From Lama glama (Eukaryota), in assembly GCA_028534125.1 (NCBI GenBank), contig CM052816.1, positions 18,664,001 through 18,728,000 on the forward strand: DNA of 64,000 nt, read 5' to 3'. The notes under the pieces were generated by a model. That model made no database searches, was not told where the DNA came from, and saw only the letters and a list, made by a program, of their open reading frames with translations. Positions 12,528-26,030 of the stretch are shown piece by piece. Both the position numbers and the translations under genes were made by a program. Numbering within the stretch: the stretch's first letter is position 1; every line of letters starts with the position of its first letter.

Positions 12528-12699
12528 CATCAGATGAAACATGAGGACAGCTACTCATTTTGAGGTGTCTTAGAGTATCACTATTATTGGCCACGAGAAT
12601 CTTCAAAGAAGGATCATCCACTGGTGTGTCTTCAATTTTGACTGATGACAATGACTTTGAGTTGACAAAAACAACTGTAAGCGCTGACACAAAATGAGA
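12528..12699 (-). CDS. FBXL21: FBXL21 coding exon 3
   Basis: Acceptor catccaag|TCT and donor G|gtagg. The 172 bp encode [57 protein letters not shown](G). Confidence 0.93.
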
Positions 12700-13025
12700 C
12701 TTGGATGGCAGTTAAGAAAAAAATTATAAAAACATTATTTAAAAATCTACAGCTTCAAGTAAGTAATTCATTAAAACTATTTATATCAACATATGCTTAT
12801 AATACTGTAGCAAAAGCAATCAACCTATTACTGCTTTTCATAGAGCCATCAGCCAGTAGAAGACACTTCTTTAACAAAGTATAGTTTTATACTTTTACAA
12901 CTGATAAATGCAATGGTGAGAAAGGAACAAGTTTCAAAGAGTTCATAAACATGTCTTCCATTATTTTCAATCTTAAGGATTTCTTTTCAATATTTAAAGG
13001 GCATAATTGTATTTATTTCCTAGAA

Positions 13026-13340
13026 TAGAGGTTGGCAAGTTATGGTCCACTGACCAAATCCAGTCCACATTTTGTTACTGAACGGCTCATGAGTCAAGAA
13101 TGGCTTTTACATTTTCAAATGGTTGGAAGAAAATTTTTAAAGAGTAACATTTTGTGATATGTGAAAATTACATAAAGTTCTTCCAGTGTCTATAATTAAA
13201 GTGTGACTGTAACACAGCCACACAGCGCTGTTCATGACTACAATGTTAATGGTAAGAAGCACTGCAGCACTGGAGGTGAAGCAGAACTGTATGACCCACA
13301 AAGCCTCAAACTTCACTGTCTGGACCTATTCAACCCCCTG
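13026..13340. mobile_element. hAT-Charlie MITE (MER58B-like)
   Basis: Termini tagaggttggcaa and caaccccctg, with an 8-bp target-site duplication tcctagaa (13018-13025) / gcctagaa (13341-13348), the size typical of hAT elements. Confidence 0.75.
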
Positions 13341-14774
13341 GCCTAGAAGAAATAGAATTCCTATCTGTTTTATTCACTCCTGCATTTCCAGCACCTAAAA
13401 CAGTCTCTGGCACATGTAAAAGGTCAGCACTTACTGTTGGTGAACAAATGAATAAATGATGTCATATTTTTCAGTGACATGCTTTTTGCTAGCAAATTAT
13501 CTAAACAGATACATTTTGAAAACTTTTATTAATGTTTGGAAGGTAGACAAACTAAACTTTATTTTCAGTTTGACCTCAAAATGGGTAGAATTTCACAAAT
13601 TTCTAGACTCAGCATTTTTTTCACTCAAATAGAAAGTATAGAAACCACATCCAGGCATGCTCATGTTTTCTTTTTCAAAATCAATTTGGAGCCTATACAA
13701 GGCTCTATTGTCCCTATCAGAATGACCAAATTGGTTCTACGTCTTAATTCATTGATTAGAAAACACTGGTTTATATTTATTGTAAACTGATTTTTATTGG
13801 ACGGCTAGACCTCTTGATTTAAGTTTTATGATGCCCAAACTTTATTAGAGAAGTAGAAATACATTATTCTGTTCCCTTAAGAAACAAATATAAGGTTTAT
13901 TTTCCCTTTAATCAATTCTCAATGGTCTCTTTTAGTCCTGAAGGACACACTTAAACACTAGAGTACATATTTCATTATAGTAATAATATATTAGTTTAGG
14001 ACTTTTTATGACTAGCAAAATGCTTTATTTTTACATTATTTTCCCTCGGTTTACAAATGAAAAAAATCCCTCAGAGAGATCCACAATTTTGCCAGAAGCC
14101 ACAGTGCTCATTTTGCCATGGACGCAGAGCTTGAAAGGAAGGCTGCTCACCAGTGGTGCCTCACCCTGGTGACTGCACCCGCTAACCGAGAAGCTGGCAG
14201 TGCAACACAAGAGAGAGCTCAGAATCTAAGAAGTCCAGGCTCACCTGATTCCCTAGCTCGTAAACAAGAAAATAACTGTTTAGAAGCAGTAAGTTTTTAT
14301 CTGATCACTCACATTACTTGAATCCCCAACTGACCCATTTTTACCGTGTATCTCTTGAAAAGATTAACAGGCTAGCAGAAATGCTTGCTAATAGAGAGCC
14401 ATGACCCAGTTTATGAGAAAGAAGATGCTACTATTCTTCCATGCTCTTCTACAGGAAGGTTTCCATTAGCCAGTTTTACTGACAACCTGTTTAGTGCTTA
14501 TTGTATATAGGGCACTACTCTAGTTCTGAATTTATAATGGTAAATAAACAAGACAGAATCCCTGTCTTCAAGGAGTTCATGTTTTTGGTCTGAGAACAAG
14601 AGAATAAACATGTTAAATAATTTCAAGTACTGACGAATGATATAAAGAAAACAAAACATTATAATACAGCAGACAGTAACTAGAGGAGAGGGTACTATTC
14701 TAGCAAAAGTGGTCAAGGAAGGCCTCTCTGAGGAAATGACAATCAAGTTGAAGCTGAATGAAGAGAAGACAGTT

Positions 14775-15270
14775 CCTGTGGCAGAGACTGCTGGCCGCTT
14801 CCTAACAACCATCTACCACCCTTTCTTCTTTGGTAACCTGGTTCCAATTTTTGTCTGGGCACACTGCCACCCAGCTAAAAGACCCTCCAAACCTCCCAGA
14901 AATTGGTGTGGCCACAGAGCCAAGCTGACCAATGAGACAAACAGAAGCAGTATGTGGGACTTAGGGCAGGTCTTGTCATATTGATGGCTTGAAAAGGGGA
15001 GGGCATACCCTTCTCCCCCCATTTCTTCCATCCAGCTGTCTAGAACAAGAACAGGATGGCTGGAGCTCACAAAGCCATCTTGGACAATGAAAAGGAAGAA
15101 AACACCTTGGAGAGCACAGAGCCTGGGTTCTAAATAACTTCTTAAGAGCTACAAACTGTGGTACCTATGGATTTCTTCAGTGTTAAGAGGAATAAACTTC
15201 AGTTATGCCTTTTAAGCCACTGTTGTTTTGGAATTTCTTCTATAAGGACTCAAACAACACCTTAACCAGG
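14775..15270 (+). mobile_element. MaLR LTR (MLT1-like)
   Basis: Degenerate MLT1 hallmarks: agccatcttggacaatga, agagcctgggttc, aataaacttc...tttaagccactg. Confidence 0.55.
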
Positions 15271-15651
15271 ACAGTACATTAGTTACATACTACGTTGTCC
15301 CACTTCCTAAGGAGAGACCATAAAATCACAGGAAGGACATCCATTGCTTGCCCCATACACGCTACATTCAAAGTAACAAGTAAACTGGAACTTGAAAATT
15401 CTAATATTTAAATTTTATAGTAATGACATCTACTGTGAAACAATTATTAAAATTACAAAATACATTTAAAGAATGAAACCATGCATAAGCTATTTGACAA
15501 AAATAAGTGCTAGCCAACAGAAAACTGCTTTAAATAATTCTTTGAATACAAAGAGGGTTATGGTTTGTTTTCAGGATAAGAATTCTTTTTGACTAGTTCG
15601 ACAATATTTAAGAATGCTAGTATATCTCACAGAAAAGCCTAGCATCTTTAC

Positions 15652-15774
15652 CTTTGACACATTCATAAAACTTGGCTTGGCTGTTGAAATCAAGCCCAAG
15701 GTCTGGATAGAACAATTCACCAGCTGAGAAAGTATGTCACAGGCAGCTTCTGCTGACTCAGTACTACTATCAAC
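15652..15774 (-). CDS. FBXL21: FBXL21 coding exon 2
   Basis: Acceptor ttgcag|GTT and donor AAG|gtaaa. The 123 bp encode [41 protein letters not shown]. Confidence 0.96.
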
Positions 15775-16230
15775 CTGCAAAGACAATTTAAAAGTCTTAA
15801 TTTCCTGAATGGAACTTATCACAGTGTTACTGGCAATTAACTATTTAATACAATTTAATTGCCAAACTGTACTCATCCCTTCAAGCTATAAAATAAATTA
15901 GTATTTTTATCTATACATGATGTCTCAGAGGAAAAGCGAAAAGTGGAGATGATGACAAATGAACCTTCTAAGCACTTCATACTTCCAAATCTTGTACAAT
16001 TTCCTGCATTTTAATAATGGCAGCCACATGAAGGAAATGGAAGTTTAAATTATTCAACTCTAGCTCAAGTTCTACATCTGAATCAATGCAAATAACAACA
16101 GATAAGTAAGAAATAGTTTGGGAGAAAAATTCTGCAAAATTCATTGGCTGCTTCAATATAAAGATGTAGCTATACAAAAATGTTAACAAAACGTAAGTCA
16201 TTGTTTCTAGTTAATGCTTATTTTTCTCAC

Positions 16231-16596
16231 CTTAAAGCTGACATACTGGAGATGGGCAGCATGCTTTTTAATGATCTGCTGAATGAGATCAGGATGCGTG
16301 GAGTTAAAGTATGAAGTAGCTGACTGGTTCAGTTCAAACTCAAACTTTCTCCAAAGGTCAGGAATATGAAAAACCTCATTCCATCTCCTACATACAGAAG
16401 ATGCACGGGCCCGGTCTGTTAAAGGCAGATACTGAAAAACGCGTAACACCACATGGTGAGGCAAACTGCCCCAGTCTGGCAGAACAGTGTACACATGAGT
16501 CTGGTTGAGAGAAGAGTAGAACCCAAGTTTTGGCTGTTTCACTGCTGGTGAAGACTGGACAACTTTATTTACAACAGATAAATTGTTCCTCTTCAT
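16231..16596 (-). CDS. FBXL21: FBXL21 first coding exon (F-box domain)
   Basis: Acceptor cag|G-ATG (exon starts at 16597) and donor AAG|gtgag. Encodes [11 protein letters not shown]...[44 protein letters not shown]...YVSFK. The four exons sum to 366+123+172+644 = 1305 nt = 434 aa plus stop. Confidence 0.97.
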
Positions 16597-19500
16597 CCTG
16601 TAAACATTAAAAAATGGTTAAGTGACAATCTCGCCCACATTTCCATCATATATTTGTGCTTTAATTGTATGGAGTAACAATAACAGAAAATGAAAAACAG
16701 CTTAAGACAATTTTAACAGTAATCCTCCACTTTCACGCATTGAAAGCTACTACTATGTGCCAGGTAGGGATACAGAGGTAAATAAGAAGGAACCTGTTCG
16801 CAAAGAGCTATGGTGATATGGTAAAATACAGTGGCATATGCCATCACCGAAGTCGGCACAAGCTGCAGTGGAAGATTAAGGCAATGGCATGTGTTTGAGT
16901 TTGTACATGGGAGGGGGTGGTTGGGGAGGCTTCCAGGAGGGAAAGTTCAAGGAAGCAGTGTATGTGCCCAGTTTACTTCTAGTCACTTATTGTATTCTTA
17001 CTATCACACAGCAATTGTGCTAAGAACTTCTGGGGGTCTGGAAGACAGTAAAATATAATTGAAAGCATAGATCTGGGTAAGTCCTCGCTCTGCCATTTAC
17101 TAACCATGTGATCATTTCTGAGCAAATTAACTTAAGCCTCAGTTTCCTCATTCTGAACAAATTTCATTACATTATTTAAGTCTGAGTACAATTCTAACCA
17201 AGAGTCAAATGACCTGTGACAATTTTCAAATGGCACCCGGGACGGGAGCTCTAGGGAAGCTGGATGTGGCAGGGACAAAGTCTGTGCGAGCAGCACACTG
17301 GGTTCTCAATAGCAAAGGCATGAGCGTCCTTCCCCAACAAAAAGAAAGGGTGACTCTCCAGGTATCAGTCAGCTTGAGATACAACTAAGTGCCAACAAAT
17401 TCCAGGTCTAGATATTCCCGAGTATGTAAGGTTATCTTGTACATATATTTTACATAAGAATCCAAAGAGTTTTAAGTATACAATTATTTGAGAGATAAAA
17501 TAATTATAAGAATAGTTCTGAATTCTCTTTAACTTTTGTTCACTATTTAACCCTCTTTTCACTCTTGAATGTTAGGAATGTATATATGGAAGATTTAGCG
17601 TCACAATTTCAAACATACCTTCAAATCGAATGAAATAGCTATTTAATATGTAAATATCTGTGTCTTGTGAGTCACTCTGTCTGATGTGAAATATTTCTTA
17701 ACCACAACACAGAGTTGGATCCCAAAAGCAGGAATAACCTATAAAGTCACTGAATAAAATGAATGGTCATCTTTAGGGTTTGGGGGTAAAAAAAAAAAAA
17801 AGGAAAAAATGTATCTCAAGCATCAGGCAAAAGAGCTACTACTACGAACGTTCTAATCTGACTAATTCAGTTATGTGCACATAACTGAGCAATACAATGT
17901 AAAATATATGACACTCAAGACATCAATAATTCAGAACATATGCTATTCTTAAAGGGCTAATTCCCTAAAATGAAGTACAGTGGCCTGGAGAAGGTAAAAA
18001 AATGTGTGTAGGGCACATTAATTAAGATTTTGCTTGTAACTGTTTTATTTGGTAGCCTACAGATCTGATAGTTAAAATTTCCATAGCATACTGTCAAAAA
18101 AAAGTTATCCCTAATACAGCCCCTCATTAGAAAAGCAATGAAGCCAAAAATAAAAGACTTCATCCAAATGCTGGGTTAGCAAACTGCCCTGGAGTTCTAA
18201 ACAAAGGGATTGTGCTATATATTAAAAGTGACTGCATACAATACAGATTGAATGTTAAAATGGTTTGTTAAAATCATTCAACTGCCAATTCACTGACAGA
18301 ATCACCATAAAATAACTAAAGGATATTATGTATCAATAATTCTATTAAAAACGACATCTTAATTTCCTTTTTTCTTGTGTACATCAGTTTTCAGAGTATA
18401 AAACCCATCCACAAATCAAAATTTTTATATAAAATAATTTTGTATCAATGAGCATCAGTAAAAAATATTTTAGAATGCAAGACAAATTGATTTTTATTAG
18501 CTTGAAAACCCTGATATAAAAATTCCTACCTAAACATATGCAATCATTTTTCAAAACTGATCATTTCTTTTTCAAATTACCAGCTTTCTTACCTAAAGAA
18601 GTCTTCCAAGTTATAGCTCACTCTGAATGAATGAAATGGAGTAAGTGCTGCCATGGGGTACTCACCACCATCCATCTGATTTCACTTCCTAGCTTGGCAA
18701 AACACCACTAGAACACACTCATCAGCATGTGTAAGTAAAATCCAATAATTTTTATGCCTAGGATACTTATATATCATTGTATACATTTAAAGATTTTCTC
18801 AGGAAATTGATTCCCAAACTATTTTCTTTTAACTAAGAAGAAAACTGGTCCATTAAAACAAACAAATAAACAAAACCCTAGCCTTGCGAGTGGAAATACT
18901 ACAACACTTGCAGGAATCACACGTGAAGCTCTACTCAAATAGAAGGCTGTGGATCAAACAGTCAAAGGACTCTGATAATTCACATTTTAATAAACATATA
19001 TGGGGAGGTATTACAAAATGTTCAAGGTAGTCCACGATTACATTTTTATAGGCTGTGTAAATCTTTCAGTTCCAGTTTTTAACAGTACACAACATCACTT
19101 CAGTTATAAACAGGCAGACATCATTACCATATGAATATAGTTTGACTAGTCTGCTGCTAACATAACATAAGCTTCTGCGGTTTTTACACTTTTCACTTAT
19201 ATTGATAGATACAATTGATTCATTCATAATCGATTGACTCATATTCTCTTTGTAGTTTGATCAATTTTAGGTAGACTTGTCAGAGTTTGGAGCAGTCTAT
19301 GAACATAGAAGAAAACTGTAACAGGTCTACACCAGGATAAAACTCACTGCCTTGGCATCATGAATAAATGCCATAAAGTAAAAATAAATAAATAAATGCA
19401 TTCTACTACTTTTTAAAGCCTAACTCAATTAGGGTAGAGGAGGCAACCTACTATTCCACTAAAAACTTCTCTTAAATCTCCACTGCTTACCACCTGTCAT

Positions 19501-21929
19501 CTCTCAACTTCTCTCTGAATCCCACTCCTAAAACAGAACTCTGGGGGACAGACAGAGGAACTGAGACAGCTCAACATCCACAGTGATTTCCCCACTGCCA
19601 TGTGCTGTTCTCTTATTATTCAAACCATTGTCTTCCAGATAATGGCAAGATCAGCTCTCTCCCCTTTACATTCCACTTCAGAAGTAGGCAGGAAGGAGCT
19701 ATCGGGTACACTTTCAGAGAGACATCACAAATAAGAGAGAGACAAGCCAAGTGATTTGTATTTCCCTCATCAGATGACATACAATTTTACTTACTGCAGA
19801 AACTTTTCTACTGAGTTATCAATTCAGCTAATTCTGTGCGTGCAGGCCAGTCTTCATGCTAGAGAATACCAGAGAGATCTGATAAGGGTTTGTAAATAGG
19901 GAATCACTATCTAAGACCCATTAGAAGGTGGTGAGCAAGACCGTCTCAGATCAGTTCAATGGAGTCTTAAGAATCACATGAATTACTTCCCTGGTTGCTG
20001 AAGTAACTTGACTGCTGCTCAAGTTACTATATGAAATTGTGAGGGCTAGTAGAAGACAAAACCAGAATACAGGACCCCATCAAGTGATAAGCCATACTTT
20101 GGAAAAGGAAGAGATGAACACACTTACACTGATCACAGTTCTAGAGTGGAGAATAAGTTTATTAGCATTTGGGAAAAAATGTAATGATGACTCAAAGTCT
20201 ACTTGGTGGTTTCACTGACCACCCTAATGCAATTTCCTTTTTCTGACATATTTATTAATTTGGTGGATAGGGTGACCATGTGAATCAGATCCTCTAAAAG
20301 TATCAAAAAAACTCCCACAGTATTCTTGAGGGAAAGATAAAAACATGTCAGATCAAAGACTGAACATCCAAAGCCAACCTAGTGGCAACAATGGAAGCAG
20401 CTATCTTCTGCACCATCACTAGGTTCTTCCAGACTTGTTAAATGAACACATGGAAGGCACTTTCTAAAGTTTCAACTTATTAATAGTCACACTAGAAATC
20501 CTGTGTAAATATTACAGATAACAGAAAAAAGATCCAAAACTATGGAAAAGGTTAGATAACTTTGTTGGAAGCAGCAAGATGACAATGAACAGGAACAGAA
20601 TAATGAGCAAATGGCCTTTATTTAAGCTACTTTTCTAAGGTGGCACACTGAGAAATCAGATTCCTGCCATCACAGACAGATGGCCTCTACTAAGGGGACT
20701 GAAGTCCCAGTCATCAGTGCAATGACCAGGGAAGTGTGGCCTGGACGGGAGAGCTGAAGATTTATTCCAAAATACAGCTTTGAAACACACAGCCTTCTAA
20801 TAAAAGAATAAACTGTACTTAGGGGCAATATCTCCTCCCACTAAATATAACCAGAACAGAGGACAAAATATAATTTTTTAGGGATGTTGTAAAAAATATT
20901 TATGTTCTTTGCAGCCTACATGTCCTGTAAGTTCCCTACTAAATCTTTTTAGAAAATTATATCATCATCAAAGTTTCAACAAGACAAAAATAACTTGAAT
21001 TTATGTCAAACAAATCTTTCCTAAAGCAGTGATTGCCAACTTTTTGGTGTTCTCACATTTTTTCAGTGATTTAGCAATTTTCTATACCCTCTCAATAGTC
21101 TCTCTGTGGTACTGAGACATATTTATTAAAAAACAATAAACTTTGAATGTTAAAATAGCTATGTTTGCTTTTAAATGATTCATATGGAACTTTAAGTTTT
21201 CAAAATACATGTGGATTCAAAACACCTTTTGAGATGCAAAGAGAGGGGTACACAGAAGTTGAACTGGGCAATCTGTTAAAATCCTTGAATGGGGGCTCTC
21301 TAGGCAGCTGTTCATACCCCTCCATCACCACTTTGGAAGACAAAAGGGAGAAAGGAGGCCCTCCACAGGGAAGCCTTCCAAAATGGAGAGAGCCTCATCT
21401 CACTGTTGGGTACACCAAGGGATCTAATAATTAATACAAAGGGTTCAAGAAGGCATCTTGCAACATTCTTCTGAGAAAATAATCCTAACTGTTTCAACTC
21501 CATATTTGGGGGAAATTTTCTGGACACATGTGCTAAAGACAAAACCAGTACACCTAAAATAATTTAGATTTTTCCAACTCACAGGGGAGGTTCGAGTCCA
21601 CTTTTCTCTCAGACATGCCTTTGTAAATATAAACTCTTAACATCCTCCTGTAAACTCAAACACTTCAAGTAGTCGTGCAAAAGCAACTGCATGTATCGGT
21701 AATCAGCATTTCCAGCAACTACACATATTCAAGACGTCAACTAATGCATTTTGAGAGAGGTTAGGACTAATACAATCCTTTCAATGCTTACCCTCCAAGG
21801 ATGAACAAAATTCGGGGAACCTGTGTCCCAAGCTGGACCCCGTAGGAAAACCACAGCGGGAAGAAACGAGCCACCAGAGGCTAAAAGTAGACAGAAGACC
21901 CTACCTCAGGACAAATCAAACGTGAGGTC

Positions 21930-22580
21930 GGGTGTTGGAGTTGGGGTTGGGTGGGGTTGGGGGAGGCGCGGGATGGGGTCGCTGCCGGGGGTCCCCCTAC
22001 CCTCTCTCCGCCTCGGGCGGCCACCGGTGGGCAGCACGCCGGCTGAAGATGCCAGGGCACGCCTCCCTGTTCCCGGAGAAAGCGCGTTGGCCGCGGGGGC
22101 CTCCAGGTCCCCAGACCACCACCCACCCGAGACAGGACCCCCGCTGTAGCCCGCAGCTTCCTCTAAGCCAGCTAGGGTGCAATTTTCGCAGACCGCCGCG
22201 CCCGCCAGAAGAAAAGGCTACCTTGAAACATAACCGCATGCCTTTCCGCGCGTGCCCCGGCGTTCGCGGGCCGGGCTGTGGCGGCGGGTCCCGGCCCGTC
22301 CCGTCGGCGCTCGGGAAGGTCGCTCTGAAGCAGGCTGCGCTGGGCAGAGGCAAAGACTCCAGCGCCCGCGGGCGTCCCTCAGGCCCGCCCCCAGCCCTGC
22401 CCCGGGACACCACGCATGCGCGCAGCTTCACTGTTTGCTAGAGGTCCTTACGCACCGGCTCACACCAGCTCAGGGGGTCCCGGGGCGCCCCCTTAGGTGG
22501 TGGGTAGGCGGTTTTCTGCCTATCGACCTTCACCTAAATTGCTGTGACCACCTGTGCGGTGAAACAGACGACCAGCCTCC
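21930..22580 (-). promoter_or_regulatory. CpG island; probable FBXL21 promoter and non-coding first exon
   Basis: The only strongly GC/CpG-dense segment in the window, ~5.5 kb upstream of the FBXL21 ATG exon. It has a GC box CCCGCCCC (22384-22391), an NRF1-like GCGCATGCG (~22413-22423), and a candidate minus-strand donor AAG|gtagcc at 22222/22221. Confidence 0.8.
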
Positions 22581-22954
22581 CCGAATGGCAGTGAACTGAG
22601 AGTTCCAATTTCTAGAACTTAACCTCCCTGGCAAGTGCACCCATAATCAGTATGCAAATACTTGAAAGGAAACTTAAAATATCAAAAGTGGTAACAGATC
22701 TGTGGTAAATATTTCTGTTATCACCGCCCTGTCCTGTGCCACATCCCATTCCATAAGGATAACCACTGTTCACTGTGTAAATTACTAGACCTTTGGTACA
22801 CACACAAAAGTACCCAGTGGAAAACAGACTCTATCACTCTTATTTGTTAGTTTGAAGAAATCTGAGATAAAACTATATATATAAAATGTTATGGAACTTT
22901 TTTTGTATACTCTTTCATGGACATAGTTCTCTATCAACACACATCGATCCCCTA

Positions 22955-25900
22955 ATTTTTTTTTTACAAACATCTTTATTGAGGTATAAAATAAGCTGCA
23001 CATAATTAAAACGTATAATTTGGTAAGTCTGGACATCTTAAAATCATCACTGCAATCAAGATAATGAACATATGTGTATCTCCCCAAATTTTCCTTATGC
23101 CCTTCTGTAATCCCTCCTTCAGCTCCTTCCCCATCTGCTTTCTGACAGTATAGCTTAGTTTGCATTTTCTAAAATTTTATGTAAACTGAATCATGGAGTA
23201 CGCACTCTTTTTTTTCTGGGCCTGGCTATTTGTCCTCAGCATGATTATTCTGAGATTCATCCATGTTGTTACATGTATCATAGTTCATTTTCTTCTATTG
23301 CTAAGTAGTATTCCATTTTATGGATACACCATTATACATTCACCTGATGATGGACATTTGGATTATTTCTAGTTTTTGGCTATTATAAATGAAGCTGCTA
23401 AAACATTACCATACGTACCTTTGTATAGACATATGCTTTCATTTCTCTTTGGCAAACACCTAGTATAGAATAGTTGTATTGTCTACTAGGTGCATGTAAG
23501 ATTGCCAATGTGTTTTCCAAAGAGGCTATTTACATTCCCAACCGCAGTAGGAATTATAGTGGGCATTACAGCTCCATTTCCTCCACATCCTCACCCACAC
23601 ATTTTAATCTAATAGGTGTCCAGGGGGATCACAATGCAGTTTTAATTTCTATTTCCCTAATGAATAATGCTGTTGAGCACTTTTCCATGTGCTTATTTAC
23701 CATCTATATGACTTCTTTGGTGAAGTGTCTGTCATAATCTTTTGCCTAATTTTAACTGGGTTGTCTGTTTTCCCATTATTGAGTTTGGAGAATTCTTTCT
23801 ATATTCTACATTCAAATTCCCTATCAGATATATGACTTACAATTATTTTTTCCAGTCTGTAACTTATTCCTACTCCACTTCTGAAGAGCAGAAGTTTTCA
23901 TTTTTATGAAATTTATCAATTTGATCTTTTATGGATCATTACGTCAAATCTAAGGAATCTTTGCCTAAGCGAAGTTCACAAAGATCTTCTTCTATATGGT
24001 TTATAATTTTAGATTTTATGTGTAGGTGTATGATTCATTTGAGTTAACTTTCATGTATGGTGCGTAACTTTTGTGTGTGAGTTGAAGTTCATTTTTCTGG
24101 TATATGTATCTCCAATTATTTCACTACTAGCTTTTGAAGAGACTACTGTTTTTCTCTGTTGCTTCTGCATATTTGTAGGAAATCAGTTACTCATGTATGC
24201 ATTGGTCTATTTTTCAGACTCTCTATTCTGTTTAATTGATATATTTGCTCATCTTTATGTCAATAACACACTGTCTTGATTTCTGTAACTTAAATTATTA
24301 CTGAAATTAGGTGGTTTTAGCCCTCCAACTTGTTCTTTTTAAAAGCTGTTTTGGCTGTTAAATATTCCTTTCATTTTTATTTGCATTTTAGATTCAGTTT
24401 GTCAGTATCTACAAAAAGACTTCTTGGGATCTTGCTAGAGACTGCCTTAAAACCAGAAATCAATTTGGGGAGAACTGACATCTTAAAAATATTGACTCTT
24501 CAAACCAATGAACACAATATATCTCTCCATTTACTTGAGTCTTCTTTAATTCCTCTCAGCAATCTTTGAGTTCTCATACAGGTCTTGCACACATTTTTTT
24601 CAGAGCTATCCCTAGATATTTCATAATTTTTAATAAGCTATTGTAAATAGTATTTCTCTGTATATTTTAAGCTCTAATTATTTGTTGCCAATATACAGAA
24701 GTATACATTGATCCTGTATCTTGCAACCCTACTAAATTCACTTTTTAGTTCTAGGATTGTCCATTGGAATCCAGTACATTCCATTGGATTTTCTACATAG
24801 ACAACCGTATCACCTGTGAATAAAGACAGTTTTAATTTTTCTTTTCTAATACACATGCTTTTAATTTCTTTTCCTTTCTTGATTGCACTATACCTACAGT
24901 ACAATGTTGGAGATTATTGGTGAGAGCAGACACCCTTGGTTTGTTCTTGATCTCAGGAGGAAAACATTCAATCTTAAACCAATAAGCATAGTGTTACCTA
25001 TAGGCTTTTCATGAATGCCCTTCATCAGGTTGAAGCTCCCTTCTGTTCCTACTTTGCTGAGAGCTCTTCTTTTTTTAATGAATAGGGGATGTTTGATTTT
25101 TTCAAATGCTTTTTATGTATCCATTGAGATGGTCTTATGCTTTTCTTTTTTAGTTTGTTAAAAAGGTGAATTATTTTATTGCTTTTCAGGTGTTAAACCA
25201 ACCTAGCATTCCTGAGATAAATCTCACTTGGTCATAATTTATTGTCTTTTTATCTATTGTTAAATTCAATTTGCTATTTTTTTTTAGAATTTCTACAGCT
25301 ATGTTCATGGGAAATGTTGATCTGTAATGTTCTTTGTTTATAGTATTCTCAGATTTTGATATCAAGAAATACTGGCCTCTTAGAACAAATTGGGAAGCAC
25401 CTCCTTCTCTTCAATATTCTAAAAGAGTTTGTGTAAAAATGGATTATTTATTCATTAAATATTTGATAGAACACACCAATGAAACCATCTGGGCCTGGAG
25501 TTTATTTTGGGGGAAGATTTTTATCTACAGATTCAATTACTTTCATAGATACAGGGCTCCTCATCTTATCTGTTTCCTCTTGAATGAGCTTTGGAAGTTT
25601 GTGTTTTTAAGGAAATTTCTCCATTTCATCCAAGTTGTTAAACTGACTGGCATAATGTTGTTCATATTTTCTTATTATTCTTTTAATGGGTGTAGTATCT
25701 GTAATGATGTCACCTCTCTCATTCCTCATACTGGTAATTTGTCTCTATATTCTCTTTCACTCTTTCAGTCTGGCTAAAGTATTGTCAATTTTATTGTTTT
25801 TTTCCAAGAATCAGCTTTTGGTTTCATTGATTTTCTGAATTGTTTTTTCTCTTTTATATTTCATCGACTTCTGTTTTGATCATTATTTCCTTTGTTTATT

Positions 25901-26030
25901 TTGGTCTAATTTGACATTCTTTTCTATAGTTTCTCAATGTAGAAGTGGAGTTCATTCATCTGAACTTTTCTTCTATTCTCATATAGGCATTTAGTGCTGT
26001 AAGTATTCCCCAAATACTGCTTTAGTGGCA
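22955..26030 (-). mobile_element. Old LINE-1 (L1M-type), ~3 kb of 3' UTR and ORF2
   Basis: Poly-T then continuous degenerate antisense L1 sequence. The minus-strand ORF at 24674-24904 (...KLSLFTGDTVVYVENP...SEFSRVARYRIN) is a decayed RT domain around the FADD motif. Confidence 0.85.

Noticed and set aside
21823..22599. Several overlapping 81-169 aa ORFs on both strands
   Set aside because: G/P/R/A-rich products expected from a stop-poor CpG island; no recognisable domain and mostly non-ATG starts.
25334..25777. 147-aa hydrophobic ORF on the + strand
   Set aside because: Antisense reading of a decayed L1 ORF2; the hydrophobicity comes from T-richness.
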